Source: Macrostomum lignano
Lineage: Eukaryota
Direction: 5' to 3'
Assembly (NCBI GenBank): GCA_002269645.1
Contig: NIVC01001117.1
Location: 1-64,000, forward strand
Length of the DNA: 64,000 nucleotides
The notes under the pieces are model-generated. The model had not been told where the DNA came from. It searched no databases and worked only from the letters and a program-made list of their open reading frames with translations. Both the position numbers and the translations under genes were made by a program. Of the stretch, positions 48,081 to 62,400 are shown in pieces. The stretch's first letter is position 1. Every line of letters starts with the position of its first letter.

Positions 48081-50689
48081 ATGCCGAGACCAACCAGTTC
48101 CAGGCTGATGCACCTGCTGGCAGTGCTCATCGTCGGCTGCGGCGCCTCAGCCCTACTCTGTGAGTCCTGGAAGCTCAACCCTCAAAAAATGCCTAAAATC
48201 TCAGCTTGGGAGAAGTTGCATAGAGGACGCTGTTTCCGCTAGGTGGACTTGCAAGATTTCCCGTCGCACAGCTCAACCAAGGCGTGAGACATACCTTCAC
48301 CTCTGGCTTTACTCTGTAGAATTAAGGAACAGGATTAGAATGGTGCAGATCGCTTGGTTCCTGAGGCTGGTATGCGAGGGCGGCCAGGCGTGAGAGAGTA
48401 GGAATGTCTGCGCGGGAGGTGAGCCTATCTTTGTTAAGTCGCTGACGCCCTGTAGAGTTTGTTTTTCTGCTGAATTTTGTCACGGCGGCTGCTTCAGCAC
48501 CTCTCTCAGCCCCGGCTCGCTCTCCGGCTCATGCTATTGAACAGGCTGCAGAGCAAAGTTAATGGAGAAGCTCTGGGAAAGCAGTTCAGAGAGGAGTTGA
48601 GAAGTAGGGACCGAGAGCAGTGCTCTCTTGGCTAGGGTGGGTCGGGCGGGCGGCATCCGCTTAGCGGAAGACGGCTTGGAAGGCTTGGGCTCCCTGCCTG
48701 ATGCAAGCTGGCGCTCTGCGGCCGGTCTTCTTCTTTTTCTGTGTTTCTTTCTTTTGCTTCGCCTTTCTTTTTGGCTCATCTGTCTCGCTGTGCAGCACCC
48801 TCCACACTGCAGCACCCTCCTATCCTACAGCACCCTCCTATCCTACAGCACCCTCCACACTGCAGCACCCTCCTATCCTACAGCACCCTCCTATCCTACA
48901 GCACCCTCCACACTGCAGCACCCTCCTATCCTACAGCACCCTTCAATCCTACTGCACCCTTCAATCCTACAGCACCCTTCAATCCTACGGCACCCTCCTA
49001 TCCTACAGCACCCTCCTATCCTGCAGCACCCTCCTATCCTACAGCACCTTCCTATCCCCACAGCACCCTCCTATCCTACAGCACCCTCCTATCCTACAGC
49101 ACCCTCCTATTCCCACAGCACCTTTCAATCATACAGCACCCTCCTATCCTACAGCACCCTCCTATCCTACAGCACCCTCCTATCCTACAGCACCCTCCTA
49201 TCCCCACAGCACCTTTCAATCATACAGCACCCTCCTATCCTACAGCACCCTCCACACTGCAGCACCCTCCTATCCTACAGCACCCTCCACACTGCAGCAC
49301 CCTCCTATCCTACAGCACCCTCCTATCCTACAGCACCCTTCTATCCTACAGCACCCTCCACACTGCAGCACCCTCCTATCCTACAGCACCCTCCTATCCT
49401 ACAGCACCCTCCTATCCTACAGCACCCTCCTACGGCACCTTCCTATCCCCACAGCACCCTCCTATTCTTTTCTCGCTACTCGCTAGTAGTCAGTCTATAA
49501 TTCAGCATCCTTCGCTGTATCTTCAGCAAACTCGGCAGGATTCGAACCCACGACCTGCGCCTGCACAACCGCGGACTGCATCGGGGCGGGCACGGACATC
49601 TGCCGAGCTCCGCAGCTCTGCTACAGCCGGCTGAAGGCATTCAGCGGAGGCTCGCCAGAACCGCTTGACAAAGGCTGCGTGCTCAGCAGCAAGGATCAGG
49701 GAGCCTGCAGTCTAGACGAGCCTGTGAAGGACTCGGAAGGGGCCTTCCTGGTCTGCTGCTCGGGCTCCTGGTGCAACAGCAAGCCGTCTGAGATAATGCC
49801 CACCCTGCCGGGCCAAGCCGGTGAGTGGCGCCTGACCAAATGCATAGCCCGACTGGTCCTTAGCTGACAGAATGCATAGCCCGACTTGTCCTTAGCTGAC
49901 AGAATGCTTAGCCCGACTTGTCCTTAGCTGACAGAATGCTTAGCCCGACTGGTCCTTAGCTGACAGAATGCTTAGCCCGACTTGTCCTTAGCTGACAGAA
50001 TGCTTAGCCCGACTTGTCCTTAGCTGACAGAATGCTTAGCCCGACTTGTCCTTAGCTGACAGAATGCATAGCCCGACTTGTCCTTAGCTGGCAGAGTGCA
50101 TAGCCCGACTGGTCCTTAGCTGACAGAATGCATAACCTGGCCTGTCCTTAGCTGGCAGAATGCTCAGCTTGACTTGTCCGCCCTTCCGCCAGCCGTCTCA
50201 GGCCAAGGCCAGGCTCTGCACTCAACAGTCCCAAAGCAGATTCTGCAGCCATCTGCAACACCAGCGATGACGTCTCCCACTGCAGCAAGCAGCAGCACCT
50301 CGGCGTCAACCACGGAGACTCTGCAGCAGCTGCGGCATCGCCGACCGATTCCGCAGTCGCCGAGAGTTGCCGACGGCAGTCTGGACGGCAGCGCGGCAAT
50401 CTTGGCCACCGGACTGACCGCGGTGCTGCTGGGCATAACTGTGGCAGTCGCCGCTGCTGCCCTGCTGGTCCTGCTGGTCAGGCGTCGCCAACAAAGCCGG
50501 CGGCATCAACGACACGACCGGAGTCAGGAGGCCGAGCTGGAGGCCGCTGCCCAGCAGCTGCCGATGCCGGAGTCGCCGACTCTGTCGCAGTTGGCTCAGT
50601 TTGACCTGCACTACAGGAACAGCCTGGCTGAGCAGCTCTGCTCACCGCTGCCAGCAAGGACTCAAGCCAAGCTGGATGCGGTCTATTGA
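48081..50689 (+). CDS. BAMBI: BAMBI-like TGF-beta/BMP type I pseudoreceptor without kinase domain; exons 48081-48159, 49506-49820, 50193-50689 (about 296 aa)
   Basis: Both introns are phase 1. Signal peptide; Cys-rich ectodomain CACTTADCIGAGTDICRAPQLCYSRL...PLDKGC...C...CCSGSWCN (cf. BAMBI CYCDAAHCVATGYMC...CFSRL...PLTHGC...CCHEDMCN); single TM starting AAILA; short tail ending at a stop with no GS box or kinase. Confidence 0.78.
48790..49465. repeat. 18-bp minisatellite (cagcaccctcctatccta)
   Basis: Direct reading. Confidence 0.93.
49845..50160. repeat. 32-bp minisatellite (tgtccttagctgacagaatgcttagcccgact)
   Basis: Direct reading. Confidence 0.93.
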
Positions 50690-51319
50690 ATCAGATTTGC
50701 CCGCCCCGTCTTAGTCTACTATTCTCCTTAGTGTAAATTAATCACAAAATAGCGTATAAAATTCAGCAATGTTTACAAAGCTACTATAAGTAGTTTAAAA
50801 GATGCGAATTTGAAATTTTTAGCAAAAATGAACTAATTTAATCGTATGTAAATAATTTATATGCCAATAAATTGGAAATATAACGTCAACTATGTTTTCT
50901 GGTTATATCGAAATTATTGTGTTTGTTTTAATAAAGATGTTGGAAATTTACAGAAAATATCCCGTCTCGCTGATGTATTTTGAAGCTCCAGTGAAATTTG
51001 CACGAATTGAGAGTGTAGTTAAAATTTAATTGGAACGAAGAGGGTAGAGAACATCGAGAGACCTGCTTGACCATCTCTTGAACTCATTCTGAACAATTTC
51101 TGCAGGTGCTGCATGACGCACTGTGGTGATTAAATATGCAGACCACCCTTGCTCATGCAAATTTTATCGATTTCAATGTGTGGTGAGTGCAAATTCATTT
51201 AGATAGCAATCTGCACCAGTGTTTTGTAGCAGCCGACCAGAGCCCACTGTCTGGCACGATATTGTTGTGTCTTGTCAGAGCTGCGCGTGAATCACGTGGA
51301 CACATCTCTTTAGCGTGGA

Positions 51320-51985
51320 CAAAAGCACTAAACGAGGACACAAACAATCACTAAATGAGGTCAGACACAAGCACTAAATGAGGACACAAACAAGCACTAA
51401 ATGAGGACACAAGCAGGCACTAAATGAGGACAAAAAACACTATAAGCGAGGACACAAACAGGCACTAAATGAGGGCGCAAACGCTAAGCGAAGACACAAG
51501 CAAGCCCTTAAACGAAGACAACAAACAAGTACTAAACGAAGATAACAAACAAGTACTAAACGAAGACAACAAACAAGTACTAAACGAAGACAACAAACAA
51601 GTACTAAACGAAGACAACAAACAAGTACTAAACGAAGATAACAAACAAGTACTAAACGAAGACAACAAACAAGTACTAAACGAAGATAACAAACAAGTAC
51701 TAAACGAAGACAACAAACAAGTACTAAATGAAGACAACAAACAAGTACTAAACGAAGACAACAAACAAGTACTAAATGAAGACAACAAACAAGTACTAAA
51801 CGAAGACAACAAACAAGTACTAAATGAAGACAACAAACAAGTACTAAATGAAGACAACAAACAAGTACTAAACGAAGACAACAAACAAGTACTAAATGAA
51901 GACAACAAACAAGTACTAAATGAGGACACAGACAAGTACTAAATGAGGACACAGACAAGTACTAAATAAGGACACAAACAAGCAC
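51320..51985. repeat. 24-bp minisatellite (actaaacgaagacaacaaacaagt)
   Basis: Direct reading. Confidence 0.93.
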
Positions 51986-52404
51986 AAATTATTATGATAT
52001 TAAGCCACCAGTGTATTGCCATTGGTTCCGACTAATATATTTACAGAACACTTGCTTATGCCATTATAATAATGCATGGAATTCCGATAAAAATTGAAAC
52101 TGTGTGTACAGCCACTCGTAGAAATCGCAGATAAGAATTTTAGCAAAGAAATAACGCCAACGGAAATTAGTTCACACGGTACGCTGCTCTCAGGAAAATT
52201 TGTTAGGGCAACGAGAAGCTGACTGGGCGAGAGCAATGATGATGGGCTTAACTTCGAATACTCTTCTTCTGGGTGCCGAATAAATAACTGATTTGCTAAT
52301 TTATGATCAAGTGTACGATTGCACTGCGGCTGCCGGCTGAATAAAAGGGAAGGCACTCTGGGCAGATCTCTCGCCCTTCTCAGGCTTGCTCATATTCTTG
52401 AATT

Positions 52405-52985
52405 GACTCAGAACCTGACTCAGAATCTCACTCAGAATCTCACTCGGAATCTCACTCGGAATCTCACTCAGAATCTCACTCAGAATCTCACTCGGAATCT
52501 CACTCGGAATCTCACTCGGAATCTCACTCGGAATCTCCCTCGGAATCTCACTCGGAATCTCACTCGGAATCTCACTCGGAATCTCGCTCGGAATCTCACT
52601 CGGAATCTCACTCAAGCTCAGAAGCAAGTCTCACACCAAATCTTACTTGAAATCTCAACCCGAACCTCAATCAGAATCTCACTTGGAATCTCACTTGGAA
52701 TCTCAATCAGAATCTCAATCAGAATCTCATTCAGAAGAATCTCACTCGGAATCTCACTCGGAATCTCACTCAAGCTCAGAAGCAAGTCTCACACCAAATG
52801 TCATGCTAAATCTCACTCCGAATCTCACTCTAAATCTCACTCCAAATCTTACTTAAAATCTCACTCCAAATTTCACTCTAAATCTCACCTCAAATCTTAC
52901 TTTAAATCTCACTCCAAATCTCACTCTAAATCTCACCTCAAATCTTACTTTAAATCACACCTCGAATCTCACTCTAAATCTCACC
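52405..52985. repeat. 12-bp minisatellite (aatctcactcgg), decaying
   Basis: Direct reading. Confidence 0.88.
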
Positions 52986-55900
52986 CCAGATTCTCCTCAC
53001 AGTCCCAGTGAGAGTCACAGTCACAGCTCGGTGCCGAGGTCCGACTGCAGCGGCAGCCTGGAGTGCACCGGGCTGAGCCGCGCCCTGCTGCCCTGGGCTG
53101 ACAGCGGTACATAGTCCAGGTGGCTCGCCGGTCGCCCCGCTTCCCGGCCTTCCAGCCTGACGACAGTTTCAATATCGATCGGAGATTCGAACCAACGACT
53201 CTGCCGCCGCTGCCGCTGCCGCCGTTCTCGCATCCGTTTCGAGAGCCGGTGGCCAGCATCGGCATCGAGGATGGCTTTGCTGTCGAGCAGTTGTTCGCGC
53301 TGACAGCCTCCGCTGTCGGTACGGCTGCTCCGTTGGCGGTGACGGCGGCGGCGGCGGCGGCTCTTGCGCCAGCCGGCAACGTTTGGCGCCGTCTGACGCC
53401 CAAGACAGCCGACGCCGCCGACGAGGCGCCGCTACTGCCGGTAGCTCCAACCTGGCGCCGGCTGCGGTACGTGGCGTAGGACAGGCCGGCGGTCACCGCA
53501 ACCACCGCGGCGCTGAACAAGAGGCCCGCTGTCAGGCCCGCGATCGTGTGCTTTGAGATGCCTTTGAGTACGTGTAGAGTAGAGTAGAGTAGAATAGAGT
53601 AAAATAGAGTAGAGTAAAGTAGAGTAGAGTAGAGTAGAGTAGAGTAGAATAGAGTAGAGTAGAGTAGAGTAGATAGTGTAGAGAAGAATGGAGTAGAGTA
53701 GAGTAGGAAAGATCAGAAGGATATGAGAGGATAATGCAGAACAGACAGAAACAAGTGACTGAGTGACTGGATATTGTAAAAGTGCATTCACATTGTGCAG
53801 GAAACCAGAGAACTCACAGCCTTGCTCATCTGTTACTTCAGTTTTTCAGCAGCTGCGCACTCCGTTGCACCTGGCGCTGGAGTGCAGGCAGAAGCTGGGC
53901 AACTTGATGCAGCTGAGCTTGGTAGAGTCTTTGCACTGATCAGCGCCTTTGCAGAGGAAGCCAGGGCATTTTTCTGGCAGTTTTGAAACGAATATTTTTG
54001 ATACGCGAGAACACGAAGTGTTCATCAGCACTTGCTCAAAGCACTCACCTGAACCTGTGTAGGCTTTTAATGCTGCAGTGTACTTTAATTTGAATTTGAT
54101 ACGGCTGTCCAGGGACTTTCTGCTGACAAAGAATCTGCGGTAGGAGAAGCACAGCATATTGATGTTGTGTCCGCGATGGTGTCTCTACCGAGTTGGGTCA
54201 TTTGGGACAGGGTTAGGGTAGGGACAGGAATGGGGTAGTTACTGGGGAATGAGGAGGCGCTGCAGAAAAACTGGTGGAGGAAGGAGGGCTGCACAAAGAC
54301 TAGGGAAGGAGGAGGGGCTGCACAAAGACTAGGGAAGGAGGAGAAGGGGCTGTACAAAAACTAGGGAAGGAGGAGGAAGGGCTGCACAGAGACTGGTCGG
54401 GAACGAGAGGCAGGACAAAGACAGGTGGAGGGAGGAGTGGCTGCATAAAGACTGGTGGAGGGAGGAGTGGCTGCATAAAGACTGGTGGAGGGAGGAGTGG
54501 CTGCATAAAGACTGGTGGAGGGAGGAGTGGCTGCATAAAGACTGGTGGAGGGAGGAGTGGCTGCATAAAGACTGGTGGAGGGAGGAGAGGCTGCATAAAG
54601 ACAGGTGGAGGGAGGAGAGGCTGCATAAAGACAGGTGGAGGGAGGAGTGGCTGCATAAAGACTGGTGGAGGAGAGGCTGCATAAAGACAGGTGGAGGGAG
54701 GAGTGGCTGCATAAAGACAGGTGGAGGGAGGAGTGGCTGCATAAAGACTGGTGGAGGGAGAAGTGGCTGCATAAAGACTGGTGGAGGGAGAAGTGGCTGC
54801 ATAAAGAATGATGGAGGGAGAAGTGGCTGCATAAAGAATGGTGGAGGGAGAAGTGGCTGCATAAAGAATGGTGGAGGGAGGAGTGGCTGCATAAAGACTG
54901 GTGGAGGGAGGAGTGCTGCATAAAGACAGGTGGAGGGAGGAGTGGCTGCATAAAGACTGGTGGAGGGAGGAGTGGCTGCATAAAGACAGGTGGAGATAGG
55001 AGTGGCTGCATAAAGACTGGTGGAGGAGAGGCTGCATAAAGACAGGTGGAGGGAGGAGTGGCTGCATAAAGACAGGTGGAGGGAGGAGTGGCTGCATAAA
55101 GACTGGGGAACAGAGTAATGGCAGCAAAAGACTGAGAGGTTTTCATAGGTGGAAAAGTTTAGAAGCCTACAGACCACCCACCTGACAAAGATCACGTGGC
55201 CGCTGCTAATGATGAGCTGCTCAGGCGACTCCTGCTCTCTGTTCGAGTGCTGCTGCCTACCGCAGATTCGCTCGAATGGCGGTTTAAACGCTTGAGGAAA
55301 TCCGTCATAGATGGCCAGGTAAGCTGAGCTGCAACCTGCGGCTAAAATGGGTAAATGAGCACCTCATCGGCTCACTGAGTGACGGAATGCGGGGAGCGGT
55401 TCACTGAGTGAACGAAATGAAAGGTTGAACTCACACTCCTCGCCAAGCCAGACGCCGGACACAGACAGCGCCACCTGCCAACCGTGCGGCACCAGCAGCA
55501 GCCAGGCGCAGCGGACGTCGGCTCGGCTTGAGGCAGCCGGTCCAAACGATGCAGCATGCGGGATTCTGGGCGATTTGACGAGTCCGTGCCAGCCGGAATG
55601 GCTGTCCGGTCCGCAGTCTGTGGTCACCCCCGAGGCTTCGTTCTCTGCTTTGGCCAGCTCGCCTACAAACCGTTTCAGCGGCGTTTGTGACGTCATGACT
55701 TTTTGAAAAAGCGGCGCTTAGCATTAATAGCTGTTGTGTATCTTTGTCACTAATAATGCCCCAAGGGCTATAAAATGGGGTGGGGTCTGAGAGGGTGCCT
55801 CTGGAGGGCTATAAAATGGGGTGGGGTCTGAGAAGGTGCGTCTGGAGGGCTATAAAATGGAGTGGGGTCTGAGCCATGCCTCTGGAGGGCTATAAAATGG

Positions 55901-56310
55901 GTTGGGGTTTGAGATGGTGCCTCTAAAAAGCTATAAAATGGGGTGGGGTCTGAGAGGGTGCGTCTGGAGGGCTATAAAATGAGGTGGGGTCTGAGCCGTG
56001 CCTCTGGAGGGCTGTAAAATGGGGTGGGGTCTGAGAGGGTGCCTCTGAGAGGTCAATTAAAATTTTCTTGACTGTCTAGCGTGCAAGGTAGCAAACTCCA
56101 GACTCCCAAGCAGTGGGCGCTAATTACGAGCACTGGAATTCCTGTGCACCTGAGAGGATTCACTACCTCTGAGTCTGTCCGGCAGGCTCGAATCTCTGCT
56201 CTCAGTGCTTAACAAACAGATTGTTTACGAGCTAATGACTTTGCGAGCCGCCGGGATAGAGGGGCTGTAGTTAGGTAATGATTTGAGAGATATATCAGAT
56301 TGTGCCATAG

Positions 56311-56351
<41 letters not shown>

Positions 56352-56353
56352 GC

Positions 56354-56406
<53 letters not shown>

Positions 56407-56409
56407 GGC

Positions 56410-56474
<65 letters not shown>

Positions 56475-59400
56475 CACAGACAGACAGACAGACACACAGA
56501 CAGACACACAGACAGAGCCGGCATTGATACTCACCAACAGGTATAAACCTGTATTCAAACCGAAATCCTCTATAAACCTCCCACCGAACGGCCGAACTGT
56601 GAAATCGAACTCGGACCCTGGCGCTGTCCGAGATGATCCGGCCGGGCCGGCTGTCGCCGCACAGGTGCTCCAAGGCCAGACTAGAGCGCTGCTTGAACAC
56701 GTTGAGCACAGCAACATAGTCTGCGTGACAGCTGCAGGAGGGGCATGGGAGGGGCCGGCAGGCCCGGTCATTGTGTGCGGCATTAGGAGAAAGTCGGGGC
56801 TGCTCAGGAAGCTGCTTTCTTGGCTGATAATACTGGAAGCAAACAGTCAAGAATCGGTTTCTATGAAAAGAAAATTCGCAGTGAACCATACATTCTTTAT
56901 TGGTTTGTTTATATCCGAATCGAATGTTCAGAATTAATTTTTACGGTCAATGCTAGTGGAGATTCTCGATGTTTCATATGGCATACATATTTTTTATCCC
57001 AAGTAGGAGTCTTACTTGAGTACCATAGGGTGAGATTATTAGTTCTCACAGTCCTACTTGAGTATTATGGGGTTAGATTATTAGTTCTCAAAGTCTTACT
57101 TGAGTACCATAGGGTGAGATTATTAGTTCTCACAGTCCTACTTGAGTATGATAGGGTGAGATCATTAGTTCTCACAGTCCTACTTGAGTATGATAGGGTG
57201 AGATTATTAGTTCTCACAGTCCTACTTGAGTATTATGGGGTTAGATTATTAGTTCTCAAAGTCTTACTTGAGTACCATAGGGTGAGATTATTAGTTCTCA
57301 CAGTCCTACTTGAGTATGATAGGGTGAGATCATTAGTTCTCACAGTCCTACTTGAGTATGATAGGGTGAGATCATTAGTTCTCACAGTCCTACTTGAGTA
57401 TGATAGGGTGAGATCATTAGTTCTCACAGTCCTACTTGAGTATCATGGGGTTAGATTATTAGTTCTCAAAGTCTTACTTGAGTACCATAGGGGGAGATTA
57501 TTAGTTTTCACAGTCCTACTTGAGTATGATAGGGTGAGATCATTAGTTCTCACAGTCCTACTTGAGTATGATAGGGTGAGATCATTAGTTCTCACAGTCC
57601 TACTTGAGTATGATAGGGTGAGATCATTAGTTCTCACAGTCCTACTTGAGTATGATAGGGTGAGATTATTAGTTCTCACAGTCCTACTTGAGTATCATGG
57701 GGTGAGATCATTAGTTCTCACAGTCTTACTTGAGTATCATAGGGTGAGATCATTAGTTCTCACAGTCCTACTTGAGTATCATGGGGTGAGATCATTAGTT
57801 CTCATAGTCCTACTTGAGTATGATAGGGTGAGATCATTAGTTCTCACAGTCCTACTTGAGTATCATGGGGTTAGATTATTAGTTCTCAAAGTCTTACTTG
57901 AGTACCATAGGGGGAGATTATTAGTTCTCACAGTCCTACTTGAGTATCATGGGGTTAGATTATCAGTTCTCAAAGTCTTACTTGAGTACCATAGGGTGAG
58001 ATTATTAGTTCTCACAGTCCTACTTGAGTATCATGGGGTTAGATTATTAGTTCTCAAAGTCTTACTTGAGTACCATAGGGGGAGATTATTAGTTCTCACA
58101 GTCCTACTTGAGTATCATGGGGTTAGATTATCAGTTCTCAAAGTCTTACTTGAGTACCATAGGGTGAGATTATTAGTTCTCACAGTCCTACTTGAGTATC
58201 ATGGGGTTAGATTATTAGTTCTCAAAGTCTTACTTGAGTATCATGGGGTTAGATTATTAGTTCTCACAGTCTTACTTGAGTACCATAGGGTGAGATTATT
58301 AGTTCTCACAGTACTACTTGAGTATCATGGGGTTAGATTATTAGTTCTCACAGTCTTACTTGAGTATCATGGGGTTAGATTATTAGTTCTCACAGTCCTA
58401 CTTGAGTATGATAGGGTGAGATCATTAGTTCTCACAGTCTTACTTGAGTATGATAGGGTGAGATCATTAGTTCTCACAGTCTTACTTGAGTATGATAGGG
58501 TGAGATCATTAGTTCTCACAGTCCTACTTGAGTATGATAGGGTGAGATCATTAGTTCTCACAGTCTTACTTGAGTATGATAGGGTGAGATCATTAGTTCT
58601 CACAGTCCTACTTGAGTATCATGGGGTGAGATCATTAGTTCTCACAGTCTTACTTGAGTATGATAGGGTGAGATTATTAGTTCTCAAAGCCGCACTTGAG
58701 TCTTGAGAACTCAATACACAATAGCTGATAGCCAGCCTCTCTAATCCCCAAATTTTCCCGCAGCCCGCAGCCTAGCTGCTCAAAGTGATGGGGCACACGA
58801 GGCCTACAATGGACTACATTGATTGCCGACAAAAGTCGCTTTGAAAGAAACCACACAAAACCAGACAGAAAATTGCTACAAGTGCTTCTGTTGGTCTGCC
58901 AACCCCTCCCCCGCTGTGTAAGGAGGCGGCAGCTGAGAGACTCTGTTTTGATGAAGCTTGCCACCAACAGGCGCTTGAGTCTCTCAGCCTCTCCCGACGC
59001 GCTTTCTGCATCCTTTCTTGTCTCCCGCATCCGTGAGGCAGCGTGCGGGCTGACGGAAGGCAAAAATACAATTGAAGTCTGAGACGGCTCCACCCCGCTG
59101 TGTAACTTGAGCGAGTGCCCGCCCTCTCTCAGTCCCGACTCAGCGCTCTGAGTTGCCTGCCGGCCTCAGCTCGGATCGAAAGTCCACCACCCCCCCCCCC
59201 TACCGGGTCCTCCTCGATCCAGCCTCGCGAGTAAATCTCCTCTTTACTAGCGAGTTCCTCAATTTCCTCCCCACCCCCGATTTTCCTGTTTTTTGCGATT
59301 CCCCAACCCGCCGCCGAACTGAGAGCTAGCTAATCCCACTAATCCTCCTAATCCCCTAATCCCCCGGTGTACGCGTATCCCAACTTGGGGGCTGCTCAAC

Positions 59401-62400
59401 AAATTAACTTTTGCCCCGAGGACCAACTGCCTACCGAAACTACCCCCTCCCTCACGACCAGCAGTTGCCAAGGCTGCTCAGGTTTGCTGGTTAATTAGCG
59501 AACAAACTTGGCCACTCAATTTTGGTTTAAAATTGACTCAGGCGCAATAGTGAAGCTTTGAGGCACCAAGATGAGCATTGTGATGTCAAAATGAATGTTA
59601 AGACGGCAAAATGAACTTCTGAAGCCAAATTGACAGCCCAACGCAATACCCAGATCTCGCTCACAGTGTTGACGCCGCCAAATGCAAGTCGGTGAAGTCG
59701 ATGACCACCCGCTGACCCGGCTGTCCGATCAGCTCGTAGACGCAGTCGGTCAGGGGCGCGTAGCCGGACTCGCCGTCGTTGTCCCCGGCGCTGACACGAT
59801 AGCCGGGCGAGCTGATCCACCCTGACAGCTGGTCGGAGCTGCGGAACTGCGTCACACCGCAGCCCACTGGAATTCGGTTGACAAGTCTGACACTAATTCA
59901 GTCTGACACCAAATCAGTCTGACACTAATTCAGTCTGACACCAACTCAGTCTGACACTAATTCAGTCTGACACTAATTCAGTCTGACACTAATTCAGTCT
60001 GACACTAATTCAGTCTGACACTAATTCAATCTGACACTAATTCAGTCTGACACTAATTCAGTCTGACACTAATTCAGTCTGACACTAATTCAGTCTGACA
60101 CTAATTCAGTCTGACACTAATTCAGTCTGACACTAATTCAGTCTGACACTAATTCAATCTGACACTAATTCAATCCGACACTAATTCAGTCTGACACTAA
60201 TTCAGTCTGACACTAATTCAGTCTGACACCAATTCAGTCTGACACTAATTCAATCCGACACTAATTCAGTCTGACACTAATTCAGTCTGACACTAATTCA
60301 GTCTGACACTAATTCAATCCGACACTAATTCAGTCTGACACTAATTCAGTCTGACACTAATTCTGTCTGACACTAATTCAATCTGACACTAATTCAATCC
60401 GACACTAATTCAGTCTGACACTAATTCAGTCTGACACTAATTCAGTCTGACACTAATTCAATCTGACACTAATTCAGTCTGACACTAATTCAGTCTGACA
60501 CTAATTCAGTCTGACACTAATTCAATCCGACACTAATTCAGTCTGACACTAATTCAATCTGACACTAATTCAATCCGACACTAATTCAATCTGACACTAA
60601 TTCAGTCTGACACTAATTCAGTCTGACACTAATTCAGTCTGACACTAATTCAATCCGACACTAATTCAGTCTGACACTAATTCAGTCTGACACTAATTCA
60701 GTCTGACACTAATTCAATCTGACACTAATTCAATCCGACACTAATTCAGTCTGACACTAATTCAGTCTGACACTAATTCAGTCTGACACTAATTCAATCT
60801 GACACTAATTCAATCCGACACTAATTCAGTCTGACACTAATTCAGTCTGACACTAATTCAGTCTGACACTAATTCAGTCTGACACTAATTCAATCCGACA
60901 CTAATTCAGTCTGACACTAATTCAGTCTGACACTAATTCAGTCTGACACTAATTCAGTCTGACACTAATTCAATCTGACACTAATTCAATCCGACACTAA
61001 TTCAGTCTGACACTAATTCAGTCTGACACTAATTCAGTCTGACACCAATTCAGTCTGACACTAATTCAATCCGACACTAATTCAGTCTGACACTAATTCA
61101 GTCTGACACTAATTCAGTCTGACACTAATTCAGTCTGACACTAATTCAGCCTGATAGTGAGTAAGTCTCTCTGCAAACTAATTCAGTATGGCTTGAGATA
61201 TAATTTTTAGTCAAAAAAACAAAGGGATTAAGTTTCATATTACCCTAGCAAATATTCACTTAGATTACTGTCATTGATTATAGCATTTGCCTTAAAAGTA
61301 ACTGGGGGGGACATTCAATATAGTTGTTCTCGCTGTAATTCTAGTAGTTAATGCAAGATTAGTGCATTTGTCATGCAGAAGTCTTTAGTACATTGATAAT
61401 GGGATTAAAATTACAATTTTTAACAAAATGCTTTGAAACAACTCTTAGTACATGTTGCTACCCCGACAGACAGGAAATATCCCCCCTGCAGAGGCCATCC
61501 CAAACCCTTTGGAACTGCCCGTGTACCATTTTCATATACATGTAACATTAAAAGTTAATTTTGATTCTTTTTGGGACGCCCAGGACATGAAACCATGTCC
61601 TGACCTGACCTGACCTGACCTTACATCCTAAAATCAGTATACCCCACCACTCTTGTATGCACGCTTGTATGCCTGCTCAGGGGAGTCGGCGGAATGGGCA
61701 GTAATGCCTCTCGCCGGTTGTGTGCCTATGTCGCTTAAAGTACGCCAGGGTGCACACAACCCCCCTGCTTCTAATAAAAAAAATACCCCACCACTCATAA
61801 AACCTGAACACATCTAATGGACAAATCTCTCACACGGAATCAGGGGCACACCAACTTGGACCCCCTTATCCCAGACACCCCATCCCGGACACATCTGTGA
61901 GACATGCCTTACCGGACACTTCATTCCGAGCACCCTATATCAGACTCCCCATCTTGGACAAACCAACCCGGACACCCTATCCCCCACACTCCATCCTGGA
62001 CATCTTATACCATGCACTCCACCCCGGAGACCTATCTCGGACACTCCATGCCGGACATCCTATCTCGGACACTCCATCCCGGACATCCTATACCGGACAC
62101 TCCTCCCCGGAGACCTATCTCGGACACTCCATGCCGGACATCCTATCCCGGACACTGTATCCCTGAAACCTCATCCCGGACACCTCATCCGGGAAATAAC
62201 ATCAAGGGCAAACCATCTCGGACACTCCACAATTGGCATCTCAGCCACCTGATCCCAGCGCAAGCGCAACCAGCCCAGCCCGCACCTCTATACTGGAACT
62301 CGTAGGCGATGCGGAATCCCCAACTGCCGGAGTCTCCCCAGCCTCCGCCCTGCACGGAGTACAGCACGAATGTGACGTTGGACACTCCGCGCAGCTGACC

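Noticed and set aside
49527-49610. tRNA-like stretch on the minus strand (ggtcgtgggttcgaatcctgccgag, with a possible 7-bp acceptor stem)
   Set aside because: It has a T-arm/B-box resemblance only: no U8, A box or D-arm, and no clear anticodon arm. It lies within the BAMBI-like coding exon (SAGFEPTTC). tRNAscan-SE would settle it.
52000-52356. 118-aa minus-strand ORF between the BAMBI-like and CUB genes
   Set aside because: No motif, splice support or coding-type composition.
55765-56050. Repeated TATAAAA boxes as a promoter cluster
   Set aside because: Part of an intronic tandem repeat, with no downstream ORF on that strand.
58677-59093. Minus-strand ORF with an acceptor-like site inside the CUB gene
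   Set aside because: Its translation is not CUB-like, and the flanking exons (59665 and 56731) already join in phase into a complete CUB domain.
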